In this document: piece by piece, positions 24,989 through 36,625 of the stretch
Layout: every line of letters starts with the position of its first letter
Numbering within the stretch: position 1 is the first letter of the stretch
DNA from: an uncultured Prevotellaceae bacterium
GTDB lineage: Bacteria > Bacteroidota > Bacteroidia > Bacteroidales > Bacteroidaceae
Length of the DNA: 64,000 nt
NCBI GenBank assembly: GCA_900320585.1
Contig: ONSV01000020.1
Coordinates: 1,775-65,774, forward strand
Reading direction: 5' to 3'
Translations under genes and position numbers: made by a program
Notes under the pieces: model-generated
Told to the model about the DNA's origin: nothing
What the model saw: the letters and a program-made list of their open reading frames with translations, nothing else
Databases searched by the model: none

Positions 24989-27633
24989 ATGAAACGATTC
25001 ATTAACCTTAACAACCTATACCAGATGGCTGCGGTCCTGGGCTGTATGCTCTTGGGCGCCTCGGCGATGTCGTCGTGCTCCGACGACATGCTCACCGGAC
25101 AGCCCTCATGGCTGGGAAACTCCATCTATGAGCGTCTGCAGGATGAGGGCAACTACCAGACTACGCTCAGGCTCATCGATGACCTTGGACAGAAAGAGGT
25201 GCTGAGCAAGACGGGCTCGAAGACCCTCTTCGTGGCCGACGACGAGGCCTATGCCGAATGGTTCAGGAGCAACTCATGGGGCGTGAGAAGTTATGAGCAA
25301 CTCTCGGAAGCCCAGAAGAAGATGCTCTTCAACAACTCCATGATCAACAATGCTTACCTGATTGAGCTCCTCTCCAACCTCAGCGGCAATCCTCCTCAGG
25401 AGGGCATGTGCATGCGAAGGGCTACGGCAGCCTCAGAGTTCGACTCCGTGTCGGTGATGCTGCCCTCGCAGATGCCGACCACTCCTTTCTGGGACAAGCA
25501 CCGCAAGAAGAAGGATGGTATCTTGATACTGAAGGATGCCACGGCTTCGCCCATGATTCACTTCATGCCCGCCTTTATGCATACCAACCAGATTACCGAC
25601 AAGGACCTCTCCATCCTGACCAATGGCGAGTCGAACTCAATAGGCGATGCATGGGTAAACGGAAAGAAGGTGATAGAACGGGATATCACATGCAAGAACG
25701 GCTATATACAGAAAGTGTCGGGAGTGATTGAGTCGTCAGCCAATATTGCCGAGATACTGAGGCAGCACCCCAACATGAGTCTATGGTCGCACCTCATCGA
25801 CCGTTATTCCGCTCCTTACTACAGCGAGTCGGCCAGCCGCTCATGGCATGAGAAGACGGGCAGGCTCGACTCAGTGTACGTGCTCCGCTATTTCTCGGGT
25901 ATCTCTTCGCAGCGTGCCCCGCTGCAGGTCGACCCCGACGACGAGGCCGTGGAGGCCACCCTCTCTTACGACCCGGGATGGAACCAGTATTTCAACTATG
26001 GGGCCACCACCAACCAAGGCATCAGCAACGACGCTGCCGTGATGATCGTGCCGAAGGACGAGGCGCTCAGGTATTGGTGGGAGCACGATGGCAAGGTGCT
26101 GCAGGATGAGTATCATGAGTGGGACTCCATACCGCCTCTCGTGCTGGCCGAGTTGCTCAACGTCAACATGCTCAATTCTTTCACGTCGTCTGTGCCATCC
26201 AAGTTCGGCTCCATCCTGAATGATGCCAAAATGGAGATGGGTATCAAGCCCGAGCACATCGACTCGTGTTTCATGGGGTGCAACGGCGTGGTGTATCTGT
26301 CGAATCGTGTGTTCGCTCCGAGCGCCTACTCCAGCGTGTCGTTCCCGGCACTCATCCACCAGGACATCATGAGCATCATCTACTGGGCCATCACGCAGTA
26401 CGATTTCAGTCCTTTCCTCAATTCCATGGAGTCGTACTACAGTTTCTTCATCCCCACCAACAATGCCATGCTCTATTACATCGACCCGACTACCTATGGG
26501 CAGCCGGTGCAGATACTCTATGAGTTTTATTGGGACTCCAAGGCATTGCTGGCCAACCGCGTCAAGGCAAGGCGCTATCAGATCATCTTCGACCCCGAAA
26601 CGGGCGACTACACCATAGGCAGCTCGCTGGGAGCAGCCACCACTGCACAGATACGCAACCGGCTCACCGACCTGCTCGACATGCTCATCGTGGTGGGCGA
26701 CGTGGAGAGCGGACAGGATTACTACAAGACCAAGGGCGGTTCGGTGGTGAAGGTGACAAACGCCGGGAGCCCGGGCCTGATGACGGTAAGCGGAGGATAC
26801 CAGATGGAGACTGGAAAGCCACTCACCGTGAGCACCATCTACGACCAGAGCACCTCGGGCAACGGCAAGTCGTACGTCACCGATCAGGGCATGATTCTCG
26901 GAGCGAGCAAGTCGGTGTATACCACGCTCAAGCGGTGTATACCACGCTCAAGGAGAACAAGGACATGAGTCTCTTCCTCGAAATGCTCAGCGGCAACGAC
27001 GAAGACTCCACCAAGTACAACATCCTCATCACGCAAGACGGAAACTACAAGTGCGTGGACCCCACCAACAACTACAACATCCGCCTCTTCGACAAGTTCA
27101 ACTATACGGTGTATGTGCCCACCAACCAGTCGATACAAAAGCTCATCGACGACGGGTTCCTGCCCACATGGGATGACTATGAGGCACAGACGCTCGAGGC
27201 ATGGAACGACGACGATGCCAAACTCAGGGCTGCACACGCGGCCATACGAAACCGCATCTTCAATTTCGTGCGGTATCACATACAAGACAATGCCGTGTAC
27301 ATAGGATGCGACCCCGTCTACAACACCAAGTTCGAGACGTCGAAGCTGAATCCTGAAAACCAGAGGTTCTTCTCGCTCGAGGTGAACGCCGGACCCTCCT
27401 CGCTCTCCGTCACCGACCAGTTGGGCAACACACGGCACGTGCTCACCCAGCAGGGGCTCTACAACAAAGTGTGCCGGGAGTATTGGTTCAGCGGCACGGG
27501 CAACAATATGTCTATCAACTCGGCTTCTGATGCCGTGGTGCACCAGATCGACGGAGTGCTGCTTTACAACAATGACCTGATGTCGAAGACATGGCAACAG
27601 GAACTCAATGAAATAAGAAACCAGAGCAAATAG
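24989..27633 (+). pseudogene. Fasciclin (FAS1)-domain lipoprotein, frameshifted by a 20-bp tandem duplication (874 aa if repaired)
   Basis: Lipobox MSSC-SDD; FAS1 motifs KTLFVADDEAY, DITCKNGYIQKVSGVI, YTVYVPTNQSI, DAVVHQIDGVL. CGGTGTATACCACGCTCAAG occurs twice (26913-26952); removing one copy joins the two ORFs as ASKSVYTTLKENKDMS. Confidence 0.85.
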
Positions 27634-27635
27634 CC

Positions 27636-30600
27636 ATGAAGAAATATAGATTGATAACCATACTGTGGGCCATCCTGCTCGGGGTTGCCGTACAGGCGCA
27701 GATAACTCAGGTGTCGGGTACGGTGAGCGATGAGACCGAACCGCTCATCGGTGCCGTCATCTGTGAGATCGATGGCAACGGACGTATCATCGAGAATGCC
27801 GTGACCGACATCAATGGTAATTTCACCATGAAGATCAAGAACCCCAAGGACAAGATACGGTTCTCGTATGTAGGATACCAAACCGTCTCTTTCCCCATCA
27901 ACAAGACGGTATACAACATCGTGCTCGAGAATGAGGGCTTGCTCGACGAAGTGGTGGTCGTGTCAAGTAAACGACGCAGGGGAAACGGACTCGCCATGGC
28001 CGAAGACGAGGTGTCGTTCTCTACCCAGACGCTCTCTACGAAAGAGTTTGAGGGCCTTTCCGTCACTTCTATCGAAGAGGCCATGCAGGGACGTATCGCC
28101 GGACTCGACATCGTGGGCAACTCCGGTAACCTCGGCTCTGGCTCCACCATACGCCTGCGTGGTACGTCGAGCCTCTCTTCACTTACCAGCCAGAATCCCC
28201 TCATCGTCATCGACGGCAATGTGTGGGAGGACGAGGCCGGCGAGCTCGCTTCCTTCGACATGAACTCCTCGGATGAGCAGTTCGCGCAGCTCCTCCGCAT
28301 CAATCCCGATGACATCGAGGATATCGTGGTGCTCAAGGATGCCACGGCAACGTCGATGTATGGACCACGAGGCGGCAGCGGCGTGATCGAGATTACCACC
28401 AAGCGCGGCGCCATAGGCAAGCCCAAACTCACCTATTCGTACAAGATCACGGGCACATACCAGCCCAAGGGCTACGACCTGCTCAATGGCGACGACTATA
28501 CCATGCTGCTCAAGGAGAGCTACTTCAACCCACAGCAGAGCAATGTGGCTGCTGATGTGCCTGAGATCAACTACGACCCGCAATTCTCCGAGTACGAGCA
28601 ATACAACAACAACACCGACTGGGTGGACGCTGTCACGCAGTGGGGAATGCGGCACAACCACTACCTCACCATCACGGGTGGTGGCGAGAAAGCCAAATTC
28701 CGCATCTCCGGAGGTTATGACACCGAGAAAGGCTCGGTCATCAAGCAGAAGCTCGACCGTTTCTCCACTCGTGTCAACCTCGACTACGACGTGTCGGAGC
28801 GCATCAGGGTGTCGACCAACTTCGCCCTTACCTATACCGACCGGCAGCAAAACTCCGACAACCTGCTCTCCATCGCCATGGTGAAGATGCCCAACATGAG
28901 CATCTATGAGCAAGACAGGCTGACGGGCGAGAACACCGACAGGTTCTACAACATGATACAGAGCGGTCCGAATATCGGTTCAAACGTGTTCCAGAACGAC
29001 CAGCGGAAATACGTCAACCCCGTGGCCTCGGCCTACCTGGCAAAGAACGAGGTGAGGTCGTACGACATGACACCGGAACTCGTGATGCGCTACCAGTTGC
29101 TCGGACTGCAGACCGACCAGTGGCAGCTCGAGTGGAGAGGGTCGGTCTACATGAGAATCTCCAACAAGTACATCGACCGCTTCTATCCTTCCGAACTGGT
29201 CACCACCACATGGCAGAGCGGGCACAACACCTCGTATGCTGCCAGTTCGAAGAGCGTGGAGTTCACCACCAAGCACGACCTTACCCTCACGCCCCATTTC
29301 AATAGCAAGGACCACAGCTTGCAGGTCAAGGCTGCCATGGAGCTCGTGTCGGGGTCTTCGAGCGGACAGGACGACAGCGGAAAAGGCCTGCCGTCGGGCA
29401 ATATCACCAGTCCGGATGCCGGAGGCTTGATTACCGGACTGAGCAGCACCTTCGGTGAGTGGAGGTCGCTCTACTTCACCGGCTTTGCCCAATACATCCT
29501 GAAAGACAGGTATATCTTCTATACCAGCCTGAACGTTACCGGAACCACCAAGTTCGGTCCCGACCGCAGATGGGGAACCTTCCCCGGTGTGTCGTTCAGG
29601 TGGAACATCATCAAGGAGAAATTCATGGAGGAATTGCGGCCCACTCTCTCCACCCTCGGTATCCGCGTGGGATGGGGCCTTTCGGGCAACGCACCCAACC
29701 GCGACTACCTCTATACCAGTAAGTATGCCGAGACCGATGCCTATCTCGACATGTCGGCCATGCGGCCTGTGAACATCAGGCTCAACAACCTGAAATGGGA
29801 GACGAAGAACGAGTACAACCTGGCCCTCGAACTGGGATTGTGGAACGACCGGCTACGCTTCACTCTCGATTGCTACCACAATGTCACGAAGGATATCCTC
29901 ATGGGTCACTTCCGCATCCCCTCCAATTCTGGATTCACGCACCTTGACTACAAGAACGACGGTTCGGTGAAAAACGTGGGATGGGAGTTCCGCATCAATA
30001 CCAACAAACTGGTGAAGGTCAAGAGATTCCAGTTTGACATGAACATGAACTTCGGTAACAACAAGAACGAGATTCTCTCCATGGATGAGAACTTGCTCAA
30101 CAATCTCAACTCCGTCTTCACCTATCAGAATGCCGAGCGCCTGCAGCGCGTGCAGCTCCACAATCCTTTCGGCGCCATCTACGGCTTCCGGTACAAAGGT
30201 GTGTATCAATACAACTACGACACTTTCGCCGACATGAACGAAGACCAGCGCAACCAGTTCCTTGCCGAGGGCAAGACGGCTCCGGTGGCCATGACAGCCG
30301 ACGGCAACGTCATCCTCGACGAGAAGGGCATGCCCATCCGCATGCAGTTTGGCTATTCCAACGACCCGGCACAGATTGTCAACTACAAGTTCTCGGGAGG
30401 CGACGCCATCTATGAGGATATCAACCACGATGGCAACATCAATGCCCTCGACATCGTCTACCTGGGCAACTCGCAGCCCAAGCTCACCGGTGGTTTCGGC
30501 TTCAATCTCTCGTATGGCGCCTGGAGGTTCATGGCTCAGTTCACCTACCGTATGGGCAACAAGATCTTCAATATGGCACGACTCAATGCCGAGGCTATGA

Positions 30601-30971
30601 TCAACAACAACAACCAGAGCCAGGCCGTGAACTATCGTTGGAGGAAAGAAGGCGATGTCACCACCATCCCAAGGGCCATGTATGGCAATACATCCAACTA
30701 CAACACCCTGGTGAGCGACCGCTTTGTGGAAGACGGCAGCTACCTGCGAATGGGCTATGCCCTGATCTCGTATGCCATCCCCACCAAATCGCTCGTGCAC
30801 CTGGGACTGAGCTCATTGACTTTCTCTGCCACTATCAACAACCCGTTCGTGCTCACCAAGTACTCAGGTGTCGACCCTGACGTGAGATACGACGGCTATG
30901 AAGGTGCCGTAGACTGGGGACAGACCCCAAGGGCACGCTCGTTTACCGCAACTGTCGCTATAGGATTCTGA
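27636..30971 (+). CDS. susC: SusC/RagA TonB-dependent transporter
   Basis: Signal peptide; PLIVIDG, INPDDIEDIVVLKDATATSMYGPRGGSGVIEITTKRG, NLKWET, SDRFVEDGSYLR; terminal F. Confidence 0.95.
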   Translation: MKKYRLITILWAILLGVAVQAQITQVSGTVSDETEPLIGAVICEIDGNGRIIENAVTDINGNFTMKIKNPKDKIRFSYVGYQTVSFPINKTVYNIVLENEGLLDEVVVVSSKRRRGNGLAMAEDEVSFSTQTLSTKEFEGLSVTSIEEAMQGRIAGLDIVGNSGNLGSGSTIRLRGTSSLSSLTSQNPLIVIDGNVWEDEAGELASFDMNSSDEQFAQLLRINPDDIEDIVVLKDATATSMYGPRGGSGVIEITTKRGAIGKPKLTYSYKITGTYQPKGYDLLNGDDYTMLLKESYFNPQQSNVAADVPEINYDPQFSEYEQYNNNTDWVDAVTQWGMRHNHYLTITGGGEKAKFRISGGYDTEKGSVIKQKLDRFSTRVNLDYDVSERIRVSTNFALTYTDRQQNSDNLLSIAMVKMPNMSIYEQDRLTGENTDRFYNMIQSGPNIGSNVFQNDQRKYVNPVASAYLAKNEVRSYDMTPELVMRYQLLGLQTDQWQLEWRGSVYMRISNKYIDRFYPSELVTTTWQSGHNTSYAASSKSVEFTTKHDLTLTPHFNSKDHSLQVKAAMELVSGSSSGQDDSGKGLPSGNITSPDAGGLITGLSSTFGEWRSLYFTGFAQYILKDRYIFYTSLNVTGTTKFGPDRRWGTFPGVSFRWNIIKEKFMEELRPTLSTLGIRVGWGLSGNAPNRDYLYTSKYAETDAYLDMSAMRPVNIRLNNLKWETKNEYNLALELGLWNDRLRFTLDCYHNVTKDILMGHFRIPSNSGFTHLDYKNDGSVKNVGWEFRINTNKLVKVKRFQFDMNMNFGNNKNEILSMDENLLNNLNSVFTYQNAERLQRVQLHNPFGAIYGFRYKGVYQYNYDTFADMNEDQRNQFLAEGKTAPVAMTADGNVILDEKGMPIRMQFGYSNDPAQIVNYKFSGGDAIYEDINHDGNINALDIVYLGNSQPKLTGGFGFNLSYGAWRFMAQFTYRMGNKIFNMARLNAEAMINNNNQSQAVNYRWRKEGDVTTIPRAMYGNTSNYNTLVSDRFVEDGSYLRMGYALISYAIPTKSLVHLGLSSLTFSATINNPFVLTKYSGVDPDVRYDGYEGAVDWGQTPRARSFTATVAIGF

Positions 30972-31003
30972 TCTCAATGGACAAATCATTAAAACTGACG
31001 ATT

Positions 31004-32737
31004 ATGAGAACTATCAATATCAAGATAACAGGTTGCGCGGCAGTGATGATGTTCGCACTGGCCTCGTGCAGCGATTTCCTTGAAATAGAACCCCGCAATG
31101 AAATCATCCTCGAACAGTTCTGGAACGAGAAAAAGGATGTCGACAACATCATTGCAGGATGCTACTCCGGAATGCAGACCTACGATGTCATCAGCAGGAT
31201 GATGGCGTGGGGAGAGTTCCGCTCCGAGAATGTCAACACCACTGGCATCGCACAGCAGTACGACATCAACTTGCACAGGGTGCTCGTCGACAATCTCAAC
31301 GCTTCCAACTCCTACTCCGGATGGAGCGGTTTCTACAATGTCATCAACCGATGCAACACCGTCATCTATTACGCCCCATCGGTGGCAGAGAAAGACCCCT
31401 CGTATACCGAGAGCGAGCTCAGGGCCACCATCGCCGAGGCATCGGCACTGAGAGACCTCTGCTATTTCTACCTGATACGCACCTTCCGCGACGTGCCCTA
31501 CACCAATGAGCCTTATCTCGACGACAGCCAGCAGATGGACGTGCCTGCAACACCTTTCGACGAAGTGCTCAACAACCTCATCGCCGACCTGGAGAAAGTG
31601 CAGAACGATGCCGTGCGCCGCTATCCCGAGAGCCATCCTGAATACCAGACCGGACGCATCACGCAAGATGCCATCCATGCCATGCTCTGCGAGATGTACC
31701 TGTGGAAGAAAGACTATGCCAACTGCATCAAGTATGCCGACCTGGTGATCGAGGCCTATCAGAGATACGCCAAGGAGAAAGAGGGCAACCTGTACAATGA
31801 CATGCAGACGCGTTTCAACGGCTTCCCCCTCCTCCGCGAGAACCAGTCCACCTCATCGTTCGGCTCGGCCTTCCAAAGCATCTTCGGCTCGGGCAACAGT
31901 TCGGAGTGCATCCTGGAACTCAACTATGCCAACGACGACAACCGCATCTCAAACAATGCGGTGAGCACTTGCTATGGCAATATCTCGGGTAATAATCTGG
32001 TATTTTTCGTGAAGCCATCCGACTATGTGGGGCTCGACCAGCTCAACGGCGCGTACGCCGTCTTCACCAACAAGTACGACGCGCGAGCCTACGAGTCGCT
32101 GTATCCTCTCTCCGCCACGTCAACATCCATCTGCAAGTACGTGTTCCGCAATCCCATCATCTACTTCGACCAGAATGCCTCGACGGCAACCACCAGTTAT
32201 GCCGGAACTTATACCGATGGGCATAACCACTCCAACTGGATCATCTACCGGCTCACCGACATCATGCTCCTCAAGGCAGAGGCCATCATACAGCAGATGA
32301 GCGACAACATGAGCGAGGCCGACAATGTCTTGCAGGAGAGAGCTTTCAACCTGGTGAGCGCGGTCAACAAGCGGAGCATTTGCAAGGCGACGCTCGCCGA
32401 CAAGGATACCCTCCACATGGCCGACTATGGCTCCAAGGCCCTCATGGAAGAACTGGTGATGAAGGAAAGGCACCGCGAACTGCTTTTCGAGGGCAAGCGG
32501 TGGTACGACCTCGTGCGCCGGTCGCTACGCGACGGCAACACGCTCTACCTGCGCACCCAGATAGCCCAGAAAGGTCTCGAGAACGCCTCTATCGTCAACA
32601 GCAAGCTGGCGAGGATGGAAGCCATCTTCTGGCCCTACAACATCGAGGAGATGAAGGTGAACAAGAGCCTCGTGCAGAATCCCGCCTTTGGCAGTGGCGA
32701 GGACGACAGCATCGAGAATTCGGCTACCGGGAAATGA
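31004..32737 (+). CDS. susD: RagB/SusD-family lipoprotein
   Basis: Lipobox LASC-SDFL; EASALRDLCYFYLIRTFRDVPY, YRLTDIMLLKAEA, ERHRELLFEGKRWYDLVR. Confidence 0.95.
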   Translation: MRTINIKITGCAAVMMFALASCSDFLEIEPRNEIILEQFWNEKKDVDNIIAGCYSGMQTYDVISRMMAWGEFRSENVNTTGIAQQYDINLHRVLVDNLNASNSYSGWSGFYNVINRCNTVIYYAPSVAEKDPSYTESELRATIAEASALRDLCYFYLIRTFRDVPYTNEPYLDDSQQMDVPATPFDEVLNNLIADLEKVQNDAVRRYPESHPEYQTGRITQDAIHAMLCEMYLWKKDYANCIKYADLVIEAYQRYAKEKEGNLYNDMQTRFNGFPLLRENQSTSSFGSAFQSIFGSGNSSECILELNYANDDNRISNNAVSTCYGNISGNNLVFFVKPSDYVGLDQLNGAYAVFTNKYDARAYESLYPLSATSTSICKYVFRNPIIYFDQNASTATTSYAGTYTDGHNHSNWIIYRLTDIMLLKAEAIIQQMSDNMSEADNVLQERAFNLVSAVNKRSICKATLADKDTLHMADYGSKALMEELVMKERHRELLFEGKRWYDLVRRSLRDGNTLYLRTQIAQKGLENASIVNSKLARMEAIFWPYNIEEMKVNKSLVQNPAFGSGEDDSIENSATGK

Positions 32738-32781
32738 CCTTCTGCGAACATGAAACAGTCAAACATTAGTATTACTGAGAT

Positions 32782-34854
32782 ATGATGACAACGATAAAGA
32801 AATCAGCCTTGTTGCTCGGAACCGTATGCCTGCTCTGCACCTTCCTGGTGGGATGCTCCGACGACCCCGACGACGAATTCTATTATACCTTCAAAGGGGA
32901 GATGATGAGCACTTACCTACAGAGCCGGCCACAGTACAGCCTCTTCTCCTCTATCGTGACAAGGGCAGGACTCATGCACCTCTTGTCGGCCTACGGGGCG
33001 TACACCTGCTTCGTGCCCGACAACGATGCGGTCAACAGATATCTGGCAGAGAGGGGACTCGGCTCCATCGACAACCTCAGCGATGCCGACTGCGACACCA
33101 TCGCCCGTACCCATCTGATGGATGTGATGTACACCACCTACGACATGCCCGACGGAGTGCTCACCACGCCCAACATGAACAACCGATACCTCGAGGTGAC
33201 ACGAAAACTCGACAACGACAGCAATGCCGTGGTGTTCCTCAACGACGACGCACACATCTATTTCGAACTGCAGGACGACTCCGTGGAGAACGGTATCGTG
33301 CAGCCCGTCGACAAGGTGCTGCAGAGCTCGAACCGCATGCTGCCCGACATCATCGGCCAGAACCCCAATATCAGCCTCTTCAGCGACGCGCTGCGGCTGA
33401 CCGGACTGCGCGACTCGCTCTTCCGCTACAAGGACGAGAGCTACTCACAGCCCCTCAACACCAACGGCCAGCCCGAATGGCATGACTACAACACCGGCGG
33501 CGATGCCAACAACCCCATACGCGAGGCGGCAAGGGCACCCGAGGAGCGGCTCTATGGCTATACGGCCTTCGTGGTGCCCAATACGGTGCTCAGCAGCAAA
33601 TACGGCATCACCGACATCGAGGGACTCTACCAGAAGGCCTGCGAGATCTACGACCCCATGTATGGCGGACAGAATGAGGACTGGCACCAGCTCAGCCATG
33701 CCACTGACCGCAAGAACCCGCTCAACCGACTCATCTCCTACCACCTGCTCAACCGCAATGTGCATGGCTACAACCTGCTCACCGTGCTCGAGGACATCGG
33801 CATCGACACGCAGAAGATGAATCCCACCGAGTGGTTCGGCACCCTCATGCCACACACCTTGATGAAGGTCGAGAAACTCACGGTGCGCAAGTACCAGGGA
33901 GCGGGTGTCCTCACCGACCGCTACATCAACCGCCGTGTCGACGACCACTATAGCATCGAGGGCGTGCACATACAGCCCACCATCGGCGACGGTTACCGCG
34001 GCGAGGCCCTCAACGGATGCTATTTCTATGTCGACGACATCATCCGCTACGACAACACCGTCATCAACGACGTGATGAACTGCCGTATGCGTATGGACCT
34101 CTCGGCGGTCTTCCCCGAACTCATGACCAACAACATCAGGATGAACTACAAAGGCAACGGGCTCTTCTCTGATGACTCAAGATACAGCCATGAAGAATTG
34201 CTCGGCACATGCTATTTCTTCCCCAATGGCTACCTCGACGGTGTGAAAGTGGGCAACAATGGCTACTTCGTCTACCGCAGACCACGCTACACCTACTGGT
34301 CGTACAGCGGCGATGAGTTCGTCTGCAACGGCGATTTCGACCTCTCCTTCCGCATACCACCGGTACCCACCGAGGGCGACTACCAGATACGCCTGGGCTA
34401 TGCGGCCATGTCGATACGTGGTATCGCACAGGTGTATTTCGATGGCGAGCCGCAGGGCATTCCTCTCGACATGAGGCGTGACCTGCGCGACGAGTCGCTG
34501 CTCGGAAACGCCTACTGGGGCTCGCACGACGATGAGTACAACCGCACCATGACCGACGACGAGAAACTCGAGGAGCGGAAGGACCTCAAGAACAAAGGCT
34601 TCTACAGAGGTGCCAACGGCGCCTTCCGGAAGGGCAGCCCTGCCGATGCCGGACAGTATTTTGCCGAAATCTATGCCACCCTCCGTATCGTGCTCTGCAC
34701 GGTTCATATCAAGCCCGGCGAGGACCACTACCTGCGCTTCCGCTGTGTGTCGGAGGGACTGGGCAACAACGAGATTATGCTCGACTATCTCGAACTGGTG
34801 CCGAAGAGTGTCTACGGTGTCACCGACGAGGGCATCCAGGAGGATGACCTCTAA
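32782..34854 (+). CDS. Fasciclin-domain lipoprotein (putative SGBP)
   Basis: Lipobox LVGC-SDD; FAS1 motifs YTCFVPDNDAV, NGIVQPVDKVL, YTAFVVPN. Confidence 0.85.
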   Translation: MMTTIKKSALLLGTVCLLCTFLVGCSDDPDDEFYYTFKGEMMSTYLQSRPQYSLFSSIVTRAGLMHLLSAYGAYTCFVPDNDAVNRYLAERGLGSIDNLSDADCDTIARTHLMDVMYTTYDMPDGVLTTPNMNNRYLEVTRKLDNDSNAVVFLNDDAHIYFELQDDSVENGIVQPVDKVLQSSNRMLPDIIGQNPNISLFSDALRLTGLRDSLFRYKDESYSQPLNTNGQPEWHDYNTGGDANNPIREAARAPEERLYGYTAFVVPNTVLSSKYGITDIEGLYQKACEIYDPMYGGQNEDWHQLSHATDRKNPLNRLISYHLLNRNVHGYNLLTVLEDIGIDTQKMNPTEWFGTLMPHTLMKVEKLTVRKYQGAGVLTDRYINRRVDDHYSIEGVHIQPTIGDGYRGEALNGCYFYVDDIIRYDNTVINDVMNCRMRMDLSAVFPELMTNNIRMNYKGNGLFSDDSRYSHEELLGTCYFFPNGYLDGVKVGNNGYFVYRRPRYTYWSYSGDEFVCNGDFDLSFRIPPVPTEGDYQIRLGYAAMSIRGIAQVYFDGEPQGIPLDMRRDLRDESLLGNAYWGSHDDEYNRTMTDDEKLEERKDLKNKGFYRGANGAFRKGSPADAGQYFAEIYATLRIVLCTVHIKPGEDHYLRFRCVSEGLGNNEIMLDYLELVPKSVYGVTDEGIQEDDL

Positions 34855-34899
34855 GGAAAAGGTATGTGAAAATAAGAATCAAAAAGATATAGATCAACT

Positions 34900-36585
34900 A
34901 TGAGACGATATCACATCAACTGCAATATGCTGGGTCTGCTCTTTGCCGCCCTCACCTTCGTCGCCTGTACCGACGAGTGGGACAACCACTATAGTCCTAC
35001 GACACAGGCCAGTCAGTCGATATGGCAGGAGATTCAGCAAAACAGCGAGCTGAGCAATTTCGCAAGGGTGGTGCAGGCCACAGGCTACGATGCAGCGCTC
35101 TCAAGCTCGCAGGTGTTCACCGTGTTCGCTCCCACCAACAGCGCCTTTTCTTCCGAGGAGGCCGACCGCCTGATCGCTGCCTACCAGCAGGAGAAAAGCC
35201 GGCAGGTGAGAGAGAGGGAGAACTCCACCATCAAGGAGTTCGTCCAGAACCATATCGCCCTGTACAATTATTCCACCTCGTCGTTGTCGAACGATTCCAT
35301 CGTCATGATGAACGGCAAGTATATGGTGCTGACACCCGGCAAACTCGGCGACATGCCCATCTCGTCGGCCAATCAGATTGCCACCAACGGCGTGCTCTTC
35401 ACCATCAGCAAGAAGGCCGACTATTTCAGGAACGTCTTCGAATGGCTGCGGTATGACACCGACCTCGACAGCCTCGCCAACTTCCTCTATGCCTACAACC
35501 AGTATGAGTTCATTCCCGAAGAGAGCGTACCGGGCGGAATCGTCGACGGAAAGACGGTGTATCTCGACTCGGTCACCGTGCTCTACAACTCGCTGTTCTA
35601 TGGCTACAACGGGGTGGGGCGCATCAACTCGGAGGACAGCACCTACTGGATGGTGGCGCCCACCAACCGCGTGTGGGACAAACTGGTGGAAGAATACACT
35701 CCCTATTTCAACTACGACAACAGCATCGACAAGCGCGACTCCATGCAATGGGCAAACACGCGCCTGGCCATCGTCAAGGGAACCGTCTTCAGCCGCACGC
35801 GAAACACCGACCAGGCCTTGCTCGACTCTGCCGTGTCGGTGAATGCCGTGGAGTATGCCCGGCGAAGATCTTACTATGGTTCAAACAACCTGTCGTATTT
35901 CCAATACCTCAAGCCTTTTGAGCCGGGCGGCATCTTCACCGGTACGGTGAACACCGACTGCAGCAACGGCATGGTGATGAAAGCCGACGATTGGAAGATT
36001 GACAAGAAGCAGACATTCTTCCAGACGATATACAACGAGGCCGAGTCGCGCTCCGTGATGAAAGAGGTGAACGAGAACAACACCGCACCTCCGTCGTTCA
36101 TGCAGGTGGAGACCACCAACCCATTCTACAACAAGGTGTCCGACAACCAGTTTGCCGTCATCTTGCCGCTCGGAGCCACCAACCCCGAGGTGGTGTACTA
36201 TCTGAAAGACCTGCTCTCCAACGCCGACTATGACATCTACATGGTCATGGTGCCGGCGGTGGCCGGCGACACCCTCGTGGCAGAGACGCAACGGAGACCG
36301 TGCAAGTTCCGCTGTTCCTACAAATACGCCGACCAAGACGGAAAGGAGGTGAAAGACTCCGTTGTCATGATGAACGGCGAACAGGCATATTTCACCACCA
36401 ATCCCGAGGTGGTGGATACCGTGTTCCTGGGCACGGTGAGGGTCCCGACTTGTTCCTATGGCCTCGTAGAGCCTACGGTCACCCTGCGTATAGCGAGCAA
36501 CCTCACCAACAGGGAGCGGCGCGAGAATACCTATACACAGATACTCCGCATCGATTGTATCATCGTCAAGCCGCATGAGCAATAA
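34900..36585 (+). CDS. Fasciclin-domain lipoprotein (putative SGBP)
   Basis: Lipobox FVAC-TDEW; FAS1 motifs FTVFAPTNSAF, NQIATNGVLFTI, YWMVAPTNRVW. Confidence 0.85.
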   Translation: MRRYHINCNMLGLLFAALTFVACTDEWDNHYSPTTQASQSIWQEIQQNSELSNFARVVQATGYDAALSSSQVFTVFAPTNSAFSSEEADRLIAAYQQEKSRQVRERENSTIKEFVQNHIALYNYSTSSLSNDSIVMMNGKYMVLTPGKLGDMPISSANQIATNGVLFTISKKADYFRNVFEWLRYDTDLDSLANFLYAYNQYEFIPEESVPGGIVDGKTVYLDSVTVLYNSLFYGYNGVGRINSEDSTYWMVAPTNRVWDKLVEEYTPYFNYDNSIDKRDSMQWANTRLAIVKGTVFSRTRNTDQALLDSAVSVNAVEYARRRSYYGSNNLSYFQYLKPFEPGGIFTGTVNTDCSNGMVMKADDWKIDKKQTFFQTIYNEAESRSVMKEVNENNTAPPSFMQVETTNPFYNKVSDNQFAVILPLGATNPEVVYYLKDLLSNADYDIYMVMVPAVAGDTLVAETQRRPCKFRCSYKYADQDGKEVKDSVVMMNGEQAYFTTNPEVVDTVFLGTVRVPTCSYGLVEPTVTLRIASNLTNRERRENTYTQILRIDCIIVKPHEQ

Positions 36586-36625
36586 ACGCCATCCATACGC
36601 TATCAACCTTAAAAAGAAAGCCTAT

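Noticed and set aside
26530-27633. Independent 367-aa gene
   Set aside because: Its first ~135 residues are off-frame sequence; only the part after 26933 is the true C-terminus of the frameshifted fasciclin gene.
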